From assembly GCA_030390025.1 (NCBI GenBank), contig CM059432.1, forward strand, positions 38,876,001 through 38,940,000: a stretch of DNA of 64,000 bases, in the 5' to 3' direction. The notes below the pieces were generated by a model that was given only the letters and a program-made list of their open reading frames with translations, made no database searches and was not told the DNA's origin. Position numbers and translations under genes: made by a program. Shown here one piece after another: positions 12,563-24,185 of the stretch. Positions within the stretch are counted from its first letter, which is position 1; every line of letters begins with the position of its first letter. The DNA comes from Squalus acanthias (lineage: Eukaryota).

Positions 12563-14424
12563 GTAATCAATGGATCAGATCACAGCTCTGCAGTCCTGCC
12601 ACATCCAGTCATGAATGGTGGTGGACCATTAAACAACTAACGGGAGGAGGAGGCTCCATGAATATCCCCATCCTCAATGGTGGAGCCCAGCACATGAGTG
12701 CAAAAGACAAGGCTGAAGCATTTGCAACCATCTTCAGCCAGAAGTGCCGAGTGGATGATCCACATCGGCCTCCTCCTGAGGTCCCCACCATCACAGAAGC
12801 CAGTCTTCAGCCAATTCGATTCACTCCACGTGATACCGAGAAACGGCTGAGCGCACTGAATACAGCAAAGGCTATGGGCCCTGACAACATCCCGGCTATC
12901 GTGCTGAAGACTTGTGCTCCAGAACTAGCTGCGCCTCTAGCCAAGCTGTTCCAGTACAGATACAACACTGGCATCTATCCGACAATGTGGAAAACTGCCC
13001 ATGTATGTCCTGTCCACAAAAAGCAGGACAAATCCAATCCGGCCAATTACCGTCCCATCAGTCTACTCTCAATCATCAGCAAAGTGATGGAAGGTGTCAT
13101 CGACAGTGCTATCAAGCGGCACTTACTCACCAATAACCTGCTCACTGATGCCCAATTTGGGTTCCGCCAAGACCACTCGGCTCCCGACCTCATTACAGCC
13201 TTGGTCCAAACATGGACAAAGGAGCTGAATTCCAGAGGAGAAGTGAGAGTGACTGCCCTTGACTTCAAGGCAGCATTTGACCGAGTGTGGCATGAAGGAG
13301 CCCTAGTAAAACTGAAGTCAATGGGAATCGGGGGGAAAACTCTCCACTGGCTGGAGTCATACCTAGAACAAAGGAAGATGTTTGTGGTGATTGAAGGTCA
13401 ATCATCACAGCCCCAGGACATCGCTGCAGGAGTTCCTCAGGGCAGTGTCCTAGGCCCAACCATCTTCAGCTGCTTCATCAATGACCTTCCCTCCAACATA
13501 AAGTCAGAAATGGGGATGTTCGCTGATGACTGCACAGTGTTCAGTGCCATTCACAACTCCTCAGATAATGAAGCAGTCCATGCCCGCATGCAACAAGACC
13601 TGGACGACGTTCAGGCTTGGGCTGATAAGTGGCAGGTAACATTCGTGCCACAGAAGTGCCAGGCAATGACTATCTCCAACAAGCGAGAGTCTAACCACCG
13701 CCCCTTTACATTCAATGGCATTATCATCGCTGAATCCCCCACCATCAACATCTCGGGGGTCACCATTGACCAGAAACTTAACTGGACCAGCCACATAAAT
13801 ACTGTGGCAACAAGAGCAGGTCAGAGGCTAGGTATTCTGCGGCGAGTGTCTCACCTCCTGACTCCCCAAAGCCTTTCTACCATCTACAAGGCACAAGTAA
13901 GGAGTGTGATGGAATACTCTTCACTTGCCTGGATGAGTGCAGCTCCAACAACACTCAAGAAGCTCGACACCATCCAGGACAAAGCAGCCCGCTTAATTGG
14001 CACCCCATCTACCCCCTTAAACATTCACTCCCTCCACCACCGGTGCACTGTGTCTGCAGTGTGTACCATCTACAAGATGCACTGCAGCAACTCGCCAAGG
14101 CTTCTTCGGCAGCACCTCCCAAACCTGCAACCTCTTCCACCTAGAAGGACCAGAGCAGCAGACGCATGGGAACACCACCACCTCCAAATTCTCCTCCAAG
14201 TTATAAACCATCCTGACTTAAAAGTATATCGCCGATCTTTCATCGTCACTGGGTCAAAATCCTGGAACTCCCTACCTAACAGCATTGTGGGAGTACCTTC
14301 ACCACACGGACTGCAGCGGTTCAAGAAGGCGGCTCATCACCACCTTCTCAAGGGCAATTAGGGATGGGCAATAAATGCTGGCCTCGCCAGTGACGCCCAC
14401 ATCCCATAAAAACAAATTTAAAAA
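12563..14424 (+). mobile_element. Young 5'-truncated CR1-group non-LTR retrotransposon with uninterrupted RT ORF (second family)
   Basis: About 600 aa without a stop: KAMGPDNIP, NYRPISLLS, DFKAAFDRVWH, GVPQGSVLGP, FADD. Stop at 14361, then AATAAA and an A-rich tail. Confidence 0.93.
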
Positions 14425-15255
14425 AGTATAATCAGCCAAATGTCAAAGTTTGCAGATTATACCAAAATAGATGACAGTGCAAATAATGAAGAACAATGCA
14501 ACTACATTCATAATGATGTAGATCTGGGCCAATAAGTGACAGGTGCAATTCAATGTGAATAAGTGTAAAACAATTAATGCAGGACCAAGAAACTAAATAA
14601 GGGAGTATGTTTTAAAGGGAACAGTATACAGCATGTTGATAAGGAAAAAGATCTGTTAAAGCATCATGAAACCATCAGCAAAGTGTTCATTGGAATTTTT
14701 AAAATATTAACAGAGGGACAGAGTACAAATCAAAATAGGTTTTATTATTGCTGCATAAGAAGTTGGTCAGACTCCATCTGGAGTACCCAGTGAAGTTCAG
14801 GTTACCTCATAGTGATAGTATTATTGCCCTTAAAAGGGTGCAGAGGGGAGCAAGAAAATTATTTTGGGAATCAGAAATTTTAAGTTATGAGGAAAGGTTA
14901 AAGGAGTTAGCTGTTTTTTGGGGAGAAAGAGGAAATTTCAAGGAAGCCTAATTGAATTTTTCAAGATAATGAAGAGAATTGACAAATTGGTCCAGTTAAA
15001 TTGTTTAATGCGTTGAATGCTTTAAATAGCAAGGCACACAAGTTTAAAAAAAGGAAGTTAGGAGGAAGAAGGAAAGCCAGGTGGAACTTTTTCACCTAAA
15101 TGGTGTTAGAGTGATGGAGTAGGTTATCAGAGAAGACCACTGATGTAGGTTGTAAATTGATTCAATCGACAATTTGATTTGTTTCGGGAGAGAAAGCTGA
15201 TAGGTGGGGCCCAATGTCCTTTCCTTGTTCCTAAAAAAAATCTATGTTCTTATGG
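14425..15255 (+). mobile_element. Old decayed CR1 RT, 3' part and tail
   Basis: SKFADYTK directly after the insertion, LVRLHLEY in ORF 14748..14951, and a tail remnant ctatgttcttatg. Confidence 0.75.
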
Positions 15256-15819
15256 AAAGAGAATGGAAAGGATATCATTTAAAAATAAATTAAGAAAGTG
15301 GAGGAAGGTTTTATTATATTGTGAATTGATTTGATTTAATAGGTTGAGCTATGAAAAGTTGGAATCAAAGTAAAATGCTTTCATTCTGGATGAAGATAAC
15401 TATCTTATTGGAGATAAGACCAATGGCAGGCTAATTATTGATAAAAGACAGTAGCTATGGCAGGATCTGAATATGAAAAGAATACACAGGTGTTTCACTG
15501 TATGATGAAGAGAATTAACTGGGCTTCTCAGTTTTATAACCCTTTAACAGCAGTGACAGTTAAAATACAAACATTGGGGGCAGATTCCCTCTGTTCTCTC
15601 TGTGTAATTAATTCAAAAACACGTTTATAAAGAGCCATTTATGATTTGATTACATACAGCCCACAAATGAAATCTTTCTCCATTATATCCATACTGCTAT
15701 ATGAAGCTTAAAGTGGAGAGGCATACAACGTGGTCTAAGTATTCGTCGCCCACGAGGTGTCGCTAGAAACATTTAGAAAATGTGCGTGCATTTTTGAGCC
15801 CGCTGTCAAATGCACATAA

Positions 15820-15938
15820 TGCGGAGATGCCGGTGTTGGACTGGGGTGGACAAAAGTGAGAAGTCGCACAACACCAGGTTATAGTCCAACAGATTTATTT
15901 GAAATCACAAGCTTTCGGAGCGGCTGCTCCTTCGTCTT
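15820..15938 (-). mobile_element. Penelope-like 3' terminus mini-insertion (second family) with 12-bp TSD and truncated hammerhead core
   Basis: AAATGCACATAA at 15808-15819 and 15939-15950. The minus strand reads GACGA-A-GGAGC-AGCC-GCTCC-GAAAGCTT, followed by AATAAA. Confidence 0.75.
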
Positions 15939-16732
15939 AAATGCACATAAGGCACAGCTAACTTGGGAAAGCAAGCAGGTTAAAAACAAAGCATTGCAGA
16001 GACAGAATGATTTATGGAAGATTACAAAGAACAAGTCCAATACATTTGCAGTTTGATACTGCATTGAATCTCACAGATCCGAGAATCAATGAAAAGGTTT
16101 TGTTTGATTGAACAGCATTGTGTTGGAGAAACGGGACATTCGGATAGAAAGCAGTATCAGTTGAACAGATGTGTCGAATTCCCTCCACCCTCCGCGTTGA
16201 AACAGTTTACAGCAATGAGCCAGGGAGCTAAAAGTTGTTTATGGAAACCATATAGAATGACTACACCAGTACCAGAAGGAACAAATCGGGATCTCGATGG
16301 AAAATTATTATATCACAAAGTTTCTGCGGGGTATCATGCTTATCTGTAGTTCCAAATGTTTCTCGTTGTTCTTAAAACAAATATAATACGCTGCTAAAAT
16401 AGTGTCTATTTATTAATGTAAAATGAAGTCATTCGTGTATTAACATAATACTAAATAAAATAAACTTTTGTACAAAAATATTACAGAAAATAAAGTAAAA
16501 TAGTGTAATCCCAAAATGAAAAATAGAATTATGTAATCCTAAAATGCTTATAACAAAATAAGAAAAAATACTTAGAAAATACGAAAATACAGCCCTAAAA
16601 TGTATTAAAATAGAAATGGCAGCATTCTAAAATATCAAGAGTATAATAGAATAATTCAGATCTAGTACATAAGATAATTAAATATAATCTAATGCAAACT
16701 ACTGTATAAATAAAGTAGCACAATGTTATCTC

Positions 16733-17050
16733 AGTCTTGGCTCAGTGCAGTACTGAGGGAGCTGCACTGTCGAAGATGCCATCTTTTGGATGAGATGTTA
16801 AACCAAGGTCCCAGCTGCCCCCTGAAGAGAAGCAGTGTAACTCTCCCCCGTGTCCTGGCCAATACTTATCCCTCAACCAACAACACTAAGAAAGCAGATT
16901 ATCTGGTCATTATCTCATTATTTTCTGTGGGATCTTGCTGTGCGCAATGTGGTTGCTGCATTCCCCTACATTACAACAGTGGACTGGCTACACTTCAAAA
17001 GTACATCATTGACTGCAAAGAGGTTGTGAATAAATGCAAGTTCTTTATTT
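16733..17050 (+). mobile_element. Deu-domain SINE with L2-like tail
   Basis: Core GGATGAGATGTTAAACCAAGG...CTGGCCAATACTTATCCCTCAAC is shared with 57580-57987. Confidence 0.8.
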
Positions 17051-17140
17051 TTTTCTTATCTATAATACTGTATAAAATAAAACAAATTAATAAAATACAG
17101 TATAAGTAAAATTATGTAAAGTAGTGCCATAGAAAATATT

Positions 17141-17929
17141 GGGCCAAATTTTGCGACCCCTACAGGTGCACACGAGGTGTGTACACACCCATAGGAGCCG
17201 TGTAAGTGCCGGGTTTAGGAATGCAAAGCGCATGCACTAAAACCCGGCACTTGCGATCTGTCAAGAATCTTCTTGACAGATCGCACACATCCCCAGGAGA
17301 TGGGCCTCCGTGGGTGGACAGTTGCGCTTTTTGCACAACTTACGCCCGCTGAAAGGCCAAAGAATTCTTATGCCTGGTAAAAGCAGACATAAGGCCTGCT
17401 TTTACCAGCATAAGAGTTTAAAATAACATTTAAAAAAAAATTTCAATCAATTAAACATTAAAAAACCTGTGCAATAAGGTAACGTTATTTTTAGCCTCTT
17501 TAAAACATCTAAATTTATTTTTCAAAAAATTACATTTTTGTTTAAAATATTTAATTAAATGGCATTTTAATTAATTTTATATATGTAATGGTTTTTCTTT
17601 ATTTATTTCAGTGTGTTGGTGCATTTTTGCAGTCATCCCCATTCATACTTTTGACAGTTCTGTGCGTACGGAACTGTCAAAAGTATGAAGGGGGATTCCC
17701 TTCTTCCATTGGTTCGCTTGGCCCACGTGATCCCAGGGGCGCTTGTGAACCGCATGCGCCCCTGGGATACGTGGGCCTCTGCGCATTTCGAAGAGGAGAG
17801 GCCCAGGATCGCAAGCCTCGGGATCTACGGAACCAGCAGGTATCTCCGGAACCAGCAGGTAAATGCGTAGATTTTTTTCCGATCGCAGGCATCCACACGC
17901 AGGAAGCCTCCGATCGGAAATTCAGGGCC
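17141..17929 (+). mobile_element. Non-autonomous PIF/Harbinger-like MITE, copy 2
   Basis: Imperfect TIRs GGGCCAAATTTT and AAATTCAGGGCC. Perfect 3-bp TSD ATT at 17138-17140 and 17930-17932. Confidence 0.82.
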
Positions 17930-19784
17930 ATTGTATAAGTAAAACAGACTGATTCAAAATTCTGTGTGAAACAAAATAGAGTAAAATGCTGCATAACTAA
18001 ATAGCATGACACAGCTTAATAGTAAGTCACTGTATGAAAAAAAAATGTAATTCTAAATATTGTATAATACTGTATAAAATAAAATAGTGCAATGTAATTC
18101 AATAAATAAAGTAAAATAAATCATAACTAAATATTGTCTAGAATAAATAGAATGCTTTAATACAAAAAATGAAAATACTGAATAAAATAAAATAGCATCA
18201 AAATGGTAACAAAAAATAAAATAGTGGAATACCAAACTATTACATTAAGTGGAATAGCACAAAATAGAATAATACAAATGCTATCCATATTAAAAATAAA
18301 ATAGAAGTTTAACACTAAATGCTGTACATATAAATAGTGAAATAGAAAGTAAAATAATATGATGTAAAATAAAACATAAAAATTAAATTACTACTGTAAC
18401 ATAAAAAACTGTATAAGATGTAATAAAACCAATATAATGCTAAGATACTAGTAAAATAATGCAGTATAATAAAAATATAAATAACAAAGCAGAGGAATGC
18501 TAAAGTACTATATAAAATAAAGTAGGAAGGTAATGCCAAAATATGCTATGAAATATAATAAATGAGTATTGTAATACAAAAACTGGTTTAGCAAATAAGA
18601 ATAAAACTAAATGTTGTAATATGAATATAGCATATAAAATGAACTGAGTAATGTAATTCACAACACTATGAGATAAACAGTAATATATTACAAAGTTTAT
18701 TCAAAACTGAAACACATCAGGCACAAACCTCATAAGCCCAAAGAGCAAGTGAGTTATGCAGGCCCAACTCATTCTGTGGTTTATTTTTCCATAAATCTTA
18801 TTTATATCACATCTTGACTGAGTTTTCATTTTTTACTAGTTTATTATTTTAAAGACTGAGATAATTTAATGGCTTTATTTTGTGGGGAATGAATGTCATA
18901 GAAAACTGTGGTGTGCTCCATGACACAGCTGCTGGGCTTTGAAGCAGTCACAAAGCAGTTGGTGAGTCCATTGTGGTGGTGGGTTGCCTGGTATAGATGT
19001 TGTGAAGTAGTGTATATGATAATAACTTTGGTATGTGGGGTGGGAGCACCTTTCATTGAAAACACCTTATGAATACCTCAAGCACCTGTTTCTCCTGTAG
19101 GTGTCGCTGTGATAGAAATTTTCAATGTTAAAGCTATCATTTTCTTGTCACAGCCTATATCACACACAGTAGCTGTTATTTTACAGTGAGAGTACATTAC
19201 TTTGTTATTGCACAATCTTGCCACTGGGTTCTCATAAATCACTAAATGTTTTCTAAAAAATGTTTTCATCTGTTATTTTTCTCAGTAACTGAGGTTTCTA
19301 CTGTCCAAAATAAGGGTTGAAACAAATAAAAATATTTTTAAAATTACTTATTTAACAATAAAAGGATTATATTTATCAATTGAATTGTCTTTTAATGCTT
19401 TTACTAAAGTTTATAACCTGAAGTTGTCAGCCTCTCCCTAAGGCTTGGGCTTGAACTTAATATTTTTGCCAAGAGCTGTAACTCTGTGAATTGAATTTGA
19501 ATTGTGTAGTCTAAGTATGTACAGCATGACTAATTTCCTGGGATGTATCTGTATCATTCAGTCAGCTGTGCTGATGGAAGATTTCAGCAGTTTCTGCTCA
19601 GAACTTTTCAAAATTATTTGAAGAAAAGCTAGAGGACAAATTTCAAAATCATTATTCGGGTAAAATGTGTGTTATTGTGTCTTTTCTCATTTCATTTGTA
19701 GTTTTCAAATAATAAGCAAATGAGTTGAATGTTGAAAGCTCTAATTACCACTTGTGTTTTGTTGATAGTAATTGGAATGTTTAC

Positions 19785-19997
19785 CAAAAAATGCTGGAAT
19801 CACACAGCAGGTCAGTCATCATCTGTGAAGAGAACAGACATGTTAACATTTCAGGTGTGTACCCTTCTGAAGAAAGTTATGCACCCGAAATGTTAACGTC
19901 TCAGTTCTTGCCATGGATGCTGACTGGCCTACTGTATGTTTCCAGCATTTTCTGTTTTTGTTTCACAATTCCAACATTTGCAGTACTTTCCTTTTTA
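19785..19997 (+). mobile_element. Older fold-back Penelope-like pLTR insertion with hammerhead-like core
   Basis: Degenerate palindrome. CTGAAGA...CCCGAAATGTTAAC at 19867-19897. Same unpaired 3' tail as the other copies. Confidence 0.7.
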
Positions 19998-20171
19998 TTA
20001 GCAAATTTACATTTTTTTACAGCTGTGCGAGAGAGTAAGAGAGATACAGAAACAGACATGGAGACACATGTCAAGAAAGCAATCATAAAGCACGAAACAT
20101 AATAAAAACAGAACATGCTGGAAATACTCAGCAGGTCAGGCAGCATCTGTGGTGAGAGAAACAAAGTTAAC

Positions 20172-20940
20172 GGCCCGGATTTTGTGGTGGGTAATGACAG
20201 CGAACTGTCAGCGTTCGCCGTTATTACCCCTCTGAAACTAACCGTAACTTCAGGATTTAGCACATGCACATCTAAACGTGGAAATCCTGAAGTTGCGGTC
20301 AGTCATTCACTGCTCTGACACAGGCTGTGCTGTGGACCACGCCCCCCCACCCCCCCACCCACCCAACCCCATAGCCGGCAATCCATGAAATCAGTGGAAC
20401 TGATGAAAAGTTGAGCTTTTCCACGCTAATATCACTGTTAAATACCCCATTAAATGTTAAGCCTTGTTGGAATAGGTGTAACTGGGGTTTTAACAGTGTA
20501 TTGACTGCTAAACAACCATTCTGGCCCTGAAAAACTATTTTTTATATTTGTGGAGTGTCAAATTTCTCCATTATGATAAAAATTACAATTTTAAAAATTA
20601 TACATTTTTTTAAAGTATGATCATGATATTTAAGCTTCTACCTTTATTTCCCAATCTTTATTTCACGCTCTGTTACATTTTTTTAAAGTGCAGATAATTC
20701 AGTGCTTTTCATTTCCTGGTTTGCTGTCTGTGAGAATTCTTCGATGTGACTGGCTTCTTAGACAGCTTGTTAACGTCACTACAGCTCTTCGCTGGGATTC
20801 CCATTGCACAGTGCTACAATCAATTACACATCGAGAAAGGTAAACTTCTCGCCACAAAGCTCACGAGATCTCTGGGGGCAGCTTTCTTCGAGGTCAGTGG
20901 CAAGCACCTTCGCTACGTCGCTGACGACAAATTACGAGCC
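20172..20940 (+). mobile_element. PIF/Harbinger-like MITE (769 bp) with AAC TSD
   Basis: TIRs GGCCCGGATTTT and AAATTACGAGCC (9/12 match). AAC at 20169-20171 and 20941-20943. Its left end is related to 33470-33588(-). Confidence 0.8.
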
Positions 20941-20969
20941 AACGTTTCAGGTCGATGACCTTTCATCAG
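20941..20969 (-). ncRNA. Minimal hammerhead ribozyme core motif (PLE type)
   Basis: Minus strand CUGAUGA-A-AGGUC-AUC-GACCU-GAAA-CGUU has both conserved core boxes, a 5-bp helix II and the palindromic AACGUU. Confidence 0.65.
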
Positions 20970-21649
20970 ACCTGAGGTCATCGACCTGAAATGTTAACTT
21001 TGTTTCTCTCTCCACAGATGCTGCCTGACCTGCTGAGTATTTCCAGCATTTTCTGTTTTTATTTCAGATTTCCAGCATCTGCAGTATTTTGCGTTTGCAC
21101 TAAATGTAATGTTTATATGGATCCTTTAGAAAGTCACAAGCCATTAGTTAGACATGAGATTCTCTTTCCCCCCAACCATGCCTTACCCCTCCTCTCACTG
21201 TTAACAGGCACCGGGAATCTACCTGTGAGCAAAACTTCACATCCAACTCCCAGTAGTGCCAAACCCCAGATTCCCCCTCCACAGTGATGCAGTTAGCAAA
21301 GGAGCTGTGGGTCTACGGGGGTCGGAGGGGTCGAAATGTCCAGTGGGCAAGTGAATGATGAGTGCATGTGTGCAGAGGTAAGTGTGTGAGGTGAGTCTTA
21401 AGTGTTTCAAAAGCTTTACTTACCTTTGCTTCTTCCTCCAGGATTCATCCCTTCAGATCTCGGGAGTCCCTCATCTCACCGGCACAGAAAGCAGAATGGT
21501 CGCTGCATTCTCAAATGCAGCAGCCTTCTGCTTTCTGCTCAGGAAGGCTTTCTAATTGAGTCTTGAGTAAAGACTCAACTTAAAAGACAGATTGTCAGCA
21601 TTTGACAGGTTCACAGAGCTGTCAAACGATGACAATTCATCTGTCAAAA

Positions 21650-24185
21650 AATCTTGACTATCCTAATATAGACTGGGATAGCAATAGTGTAAAGGGCAGA
21701 GAGGGGGGAAGACTTTCTGTAGTGTGTTCAGGAGAACTTTCTTGATCAGTATGTTTCCAGCCCGATGAGGGAGGAGGCATTGCCGGATCTGGTTCTGGGG
21801 AATGAGGTGGGTCAAGTGGAGCAAGTGTCAGTGGGGAAAAAATTTAGGGAACAGTAATCACGGTATCATAAGGTTTAGATTAGCTATGGAAAAGGACAAG
21901 GAGCAATCTAGAGTAAAAATATTTAATTGGAGGAAGGCCAATTTCAGTGGGTTGAGAACGGATCTGTCCCGGGTAAATTGGAATCAAAGATTGGGAGGCA
22001 AAACTGTAATCGAACAATGGGCTGCCTTTAAAGAGGAGATGGTTCGGGTACTGTTGAGATACATTCTCACGAGGGGGAAAGATAGGGCAACCAAAGTCAG
22101 AGCTCCCTGGATGACAAAAGAGATAAGAAGTAAGATGAAGCAGAAAAAGGGGGTGTATGACAGATGTCAGGTTGAGAATACAAGTGAGAACCAGGCTGAA
22201 TATAGAAAGTTCAGAGGGGAAATGAAAAAGGAAATAAGAGGAGCAAAGAGAGAGTATGAGAATAGATTGGCAGCTAACATAAAAGGGAATCCAAAAGTCT
22301 TCTATAGGCATATAAATAGTAAATGGGTAGTAAGAGGAGGGGTGGGGCCGATTAGGGACCAAAATGGAGACCTACGCATGGAGGCAGAGGGTAAGGCTGA
22401 GGTACTAAATGGTACTTTGCATCTGTCTTCACCAAGGAAGAAGATGCTGCCAAAGTCATAGTGAAAGATGAGGTAGTTGAGATACTGGATGGGATAAAAA
22501 TTGATAAAGAGGTACTACAAAGGCTGGCTGTACTTAAGGTAGATAATTCACCAGGACCAGATGGGATGCATCCTAGGATGCTGAGGGAAGTAAAGGTGGA
22601 AATTGCGGAGGTACTGGCCATAATCTTCCAATCCTCCTTAGATACGGGGTGGTGCCAGAGGACTGGAGAATTGCAAATGTTACACCCTTGTTCAAAAAAG
22701 GGTGTAAGGAGAAACCCAGCAACTGCAAGCCAGTCAGTTTAACCTCGGTAGTGGGGAAGCTTTTAGAAACGATAATCCGGGACAAAATTAACAGTCACTT
22801 GGACAAGTGTGGATTAATTAAGGAAAGCCAGCATGGACTTGTTAAAAGCAAATTGTGTTTAACTAACTTGATTGAGTTTTTTGATGAGCTAACAGAGAGG
22901 GTTGATGAGGGCAATGCAGTTGTTGTGGTGTACATGGACTTCCAAAAAGCGTTTGATAAAGTGCCACATAATAGGCTTGCCAGCAAAGTTGAAGCCCATG
23001 GAAAAAAAGGGACAGTGGCAGCATGGATACGAAATTGGTTAAGTGACAGAGAGTAATGGTGAATAGTTGTTTATCAGACTGGAGGAAGGTATACAGTGGG
23101 GTTCCCCAGGTGTCGGTACTAGGACCACTGCTTTTCTTGATATATATTAATGACTTAGACTCGGGTGTACAGGGAACAATTAAAAAATTTGCAGATGACA
23201 CAAAACTTGGAAGTATAGTATACAGAGAGGAGCATAGTGATAGACTTCAAGAAGACATAGACAGACCGGCACTGGCACGGACTCAATGGGCCAAATGGCC
23301 TCCTTCTATGCCGTTATGACTCTATGACTCTATGACTGGAGGAATGGGCGGACACGTGGCAGATGAAATTTAACGCAGAAAAGTGTGAAGTGGTACAATT
23401 TGGTAGGAAGCACGAGGAGAGGCGATATAAACTATAGGGTACAATTCTAAAGGGGGTGCATGAACAGAGAGACCTGGGAGTATATGTGCACAAATTGTTG
23501 AAGGAGGCAGGGCAGGTTGAGAAAGTGGTTAAAGAAGCATACGGGATACTGGGCTTCATAAATAGAGGCATAGAGTACAAAAGCAAGGAAGTTATGATGA
23601 ACCTTTATAAAAAACTGGTTTGGCCTCAACTGGAGTATTGTGTCCAATTCTGGGCACCGCACTTCAGGAAGGATGTGAAGGCCTTAGAGAGGGTGCAGAA
23701 AAGATTTACAAGAATGGTTCCAGAGATGAGGAACTTCAGTTACGTGGATAGACTGGAGAAGCTGGAATTGTTTTCCTTAGAGCAGAGAAGGTTGAGAGGA
23801 GATTTGATAGAGGTGTTCAAAATCATGAGGGGTCTAGACAGAGTAAATGGAGAGAAACTGTTCCCATTGGCGGAAGGGTCGAGAACCAGAGGACACAGAT
23901 TTAAGGTGATTGGCAGAAGAACCAAAGGTGACATGAGGAAAAAGTTTTTTTATGCAGCGAGTGGTTATGATCTGGAATGCACTGCCTGAGAAAGTGGTGC
24001 AGGCAGATTGAATTGTTGCTTTCAAAAGGGAATTGGATAAGTAGCTGAAGGAAAAACATTTGCAGGGCTACGGGGAAAGGGTGGGGGATTGGAACTTGCT
24101 GAAGTGCTCTTGCAGACAGCCGGCATGGGCTCAATGGGCCGAATGGCCTCTTTCTGTACTGTAACCATTCTAACCATTCTAACTA
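21650..24185 (+). mobile_element. CR1 LINE ORF2 (EN C-terminus, RT, 3' UTR), frameshifted
   Basis: Consecutive ORFs with YMDFQKAFDKVPH, GVPQVSVLGP, FADDTK and LEYCVQFWAP. Tail (AACCATTCT)n near 24163-24181. Confidence 0.96.

Larger units (their letters stand above)
16375..18715. repeat. Degenerate A-rich (AAAAT/AAAATAGAAT-like) low-complexity tract interrupted by a SINE and a MITE
   Basis: Strong A skew with recurring TAAAATA and AAATAGAAT at 16375-16720, 17060-17140 and 17930-18715. Confidence 0.8.
20101..21096 (+). mobile_element. Fold-back Penelope-like pLTR insertion split by a MITE
   Basis: PLE sequence at 20101-20171 and 20941-21096. Degenerate 14-bp TSD GCACGAAACATAAT (20090-20103) and GCACTAAATGTAAT (21097-21110). 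Confidence 0.8.

Noticed and set aside
1..24185. Apparent giant palindrome centred near 12.4 kb (inverted CR1 pair and inverted MITE pair)
   Set aside because: The flanking and intervening sequences are not homologous, and the second MITE has its own TSD. These are independent insertions that happen to be symmetric.
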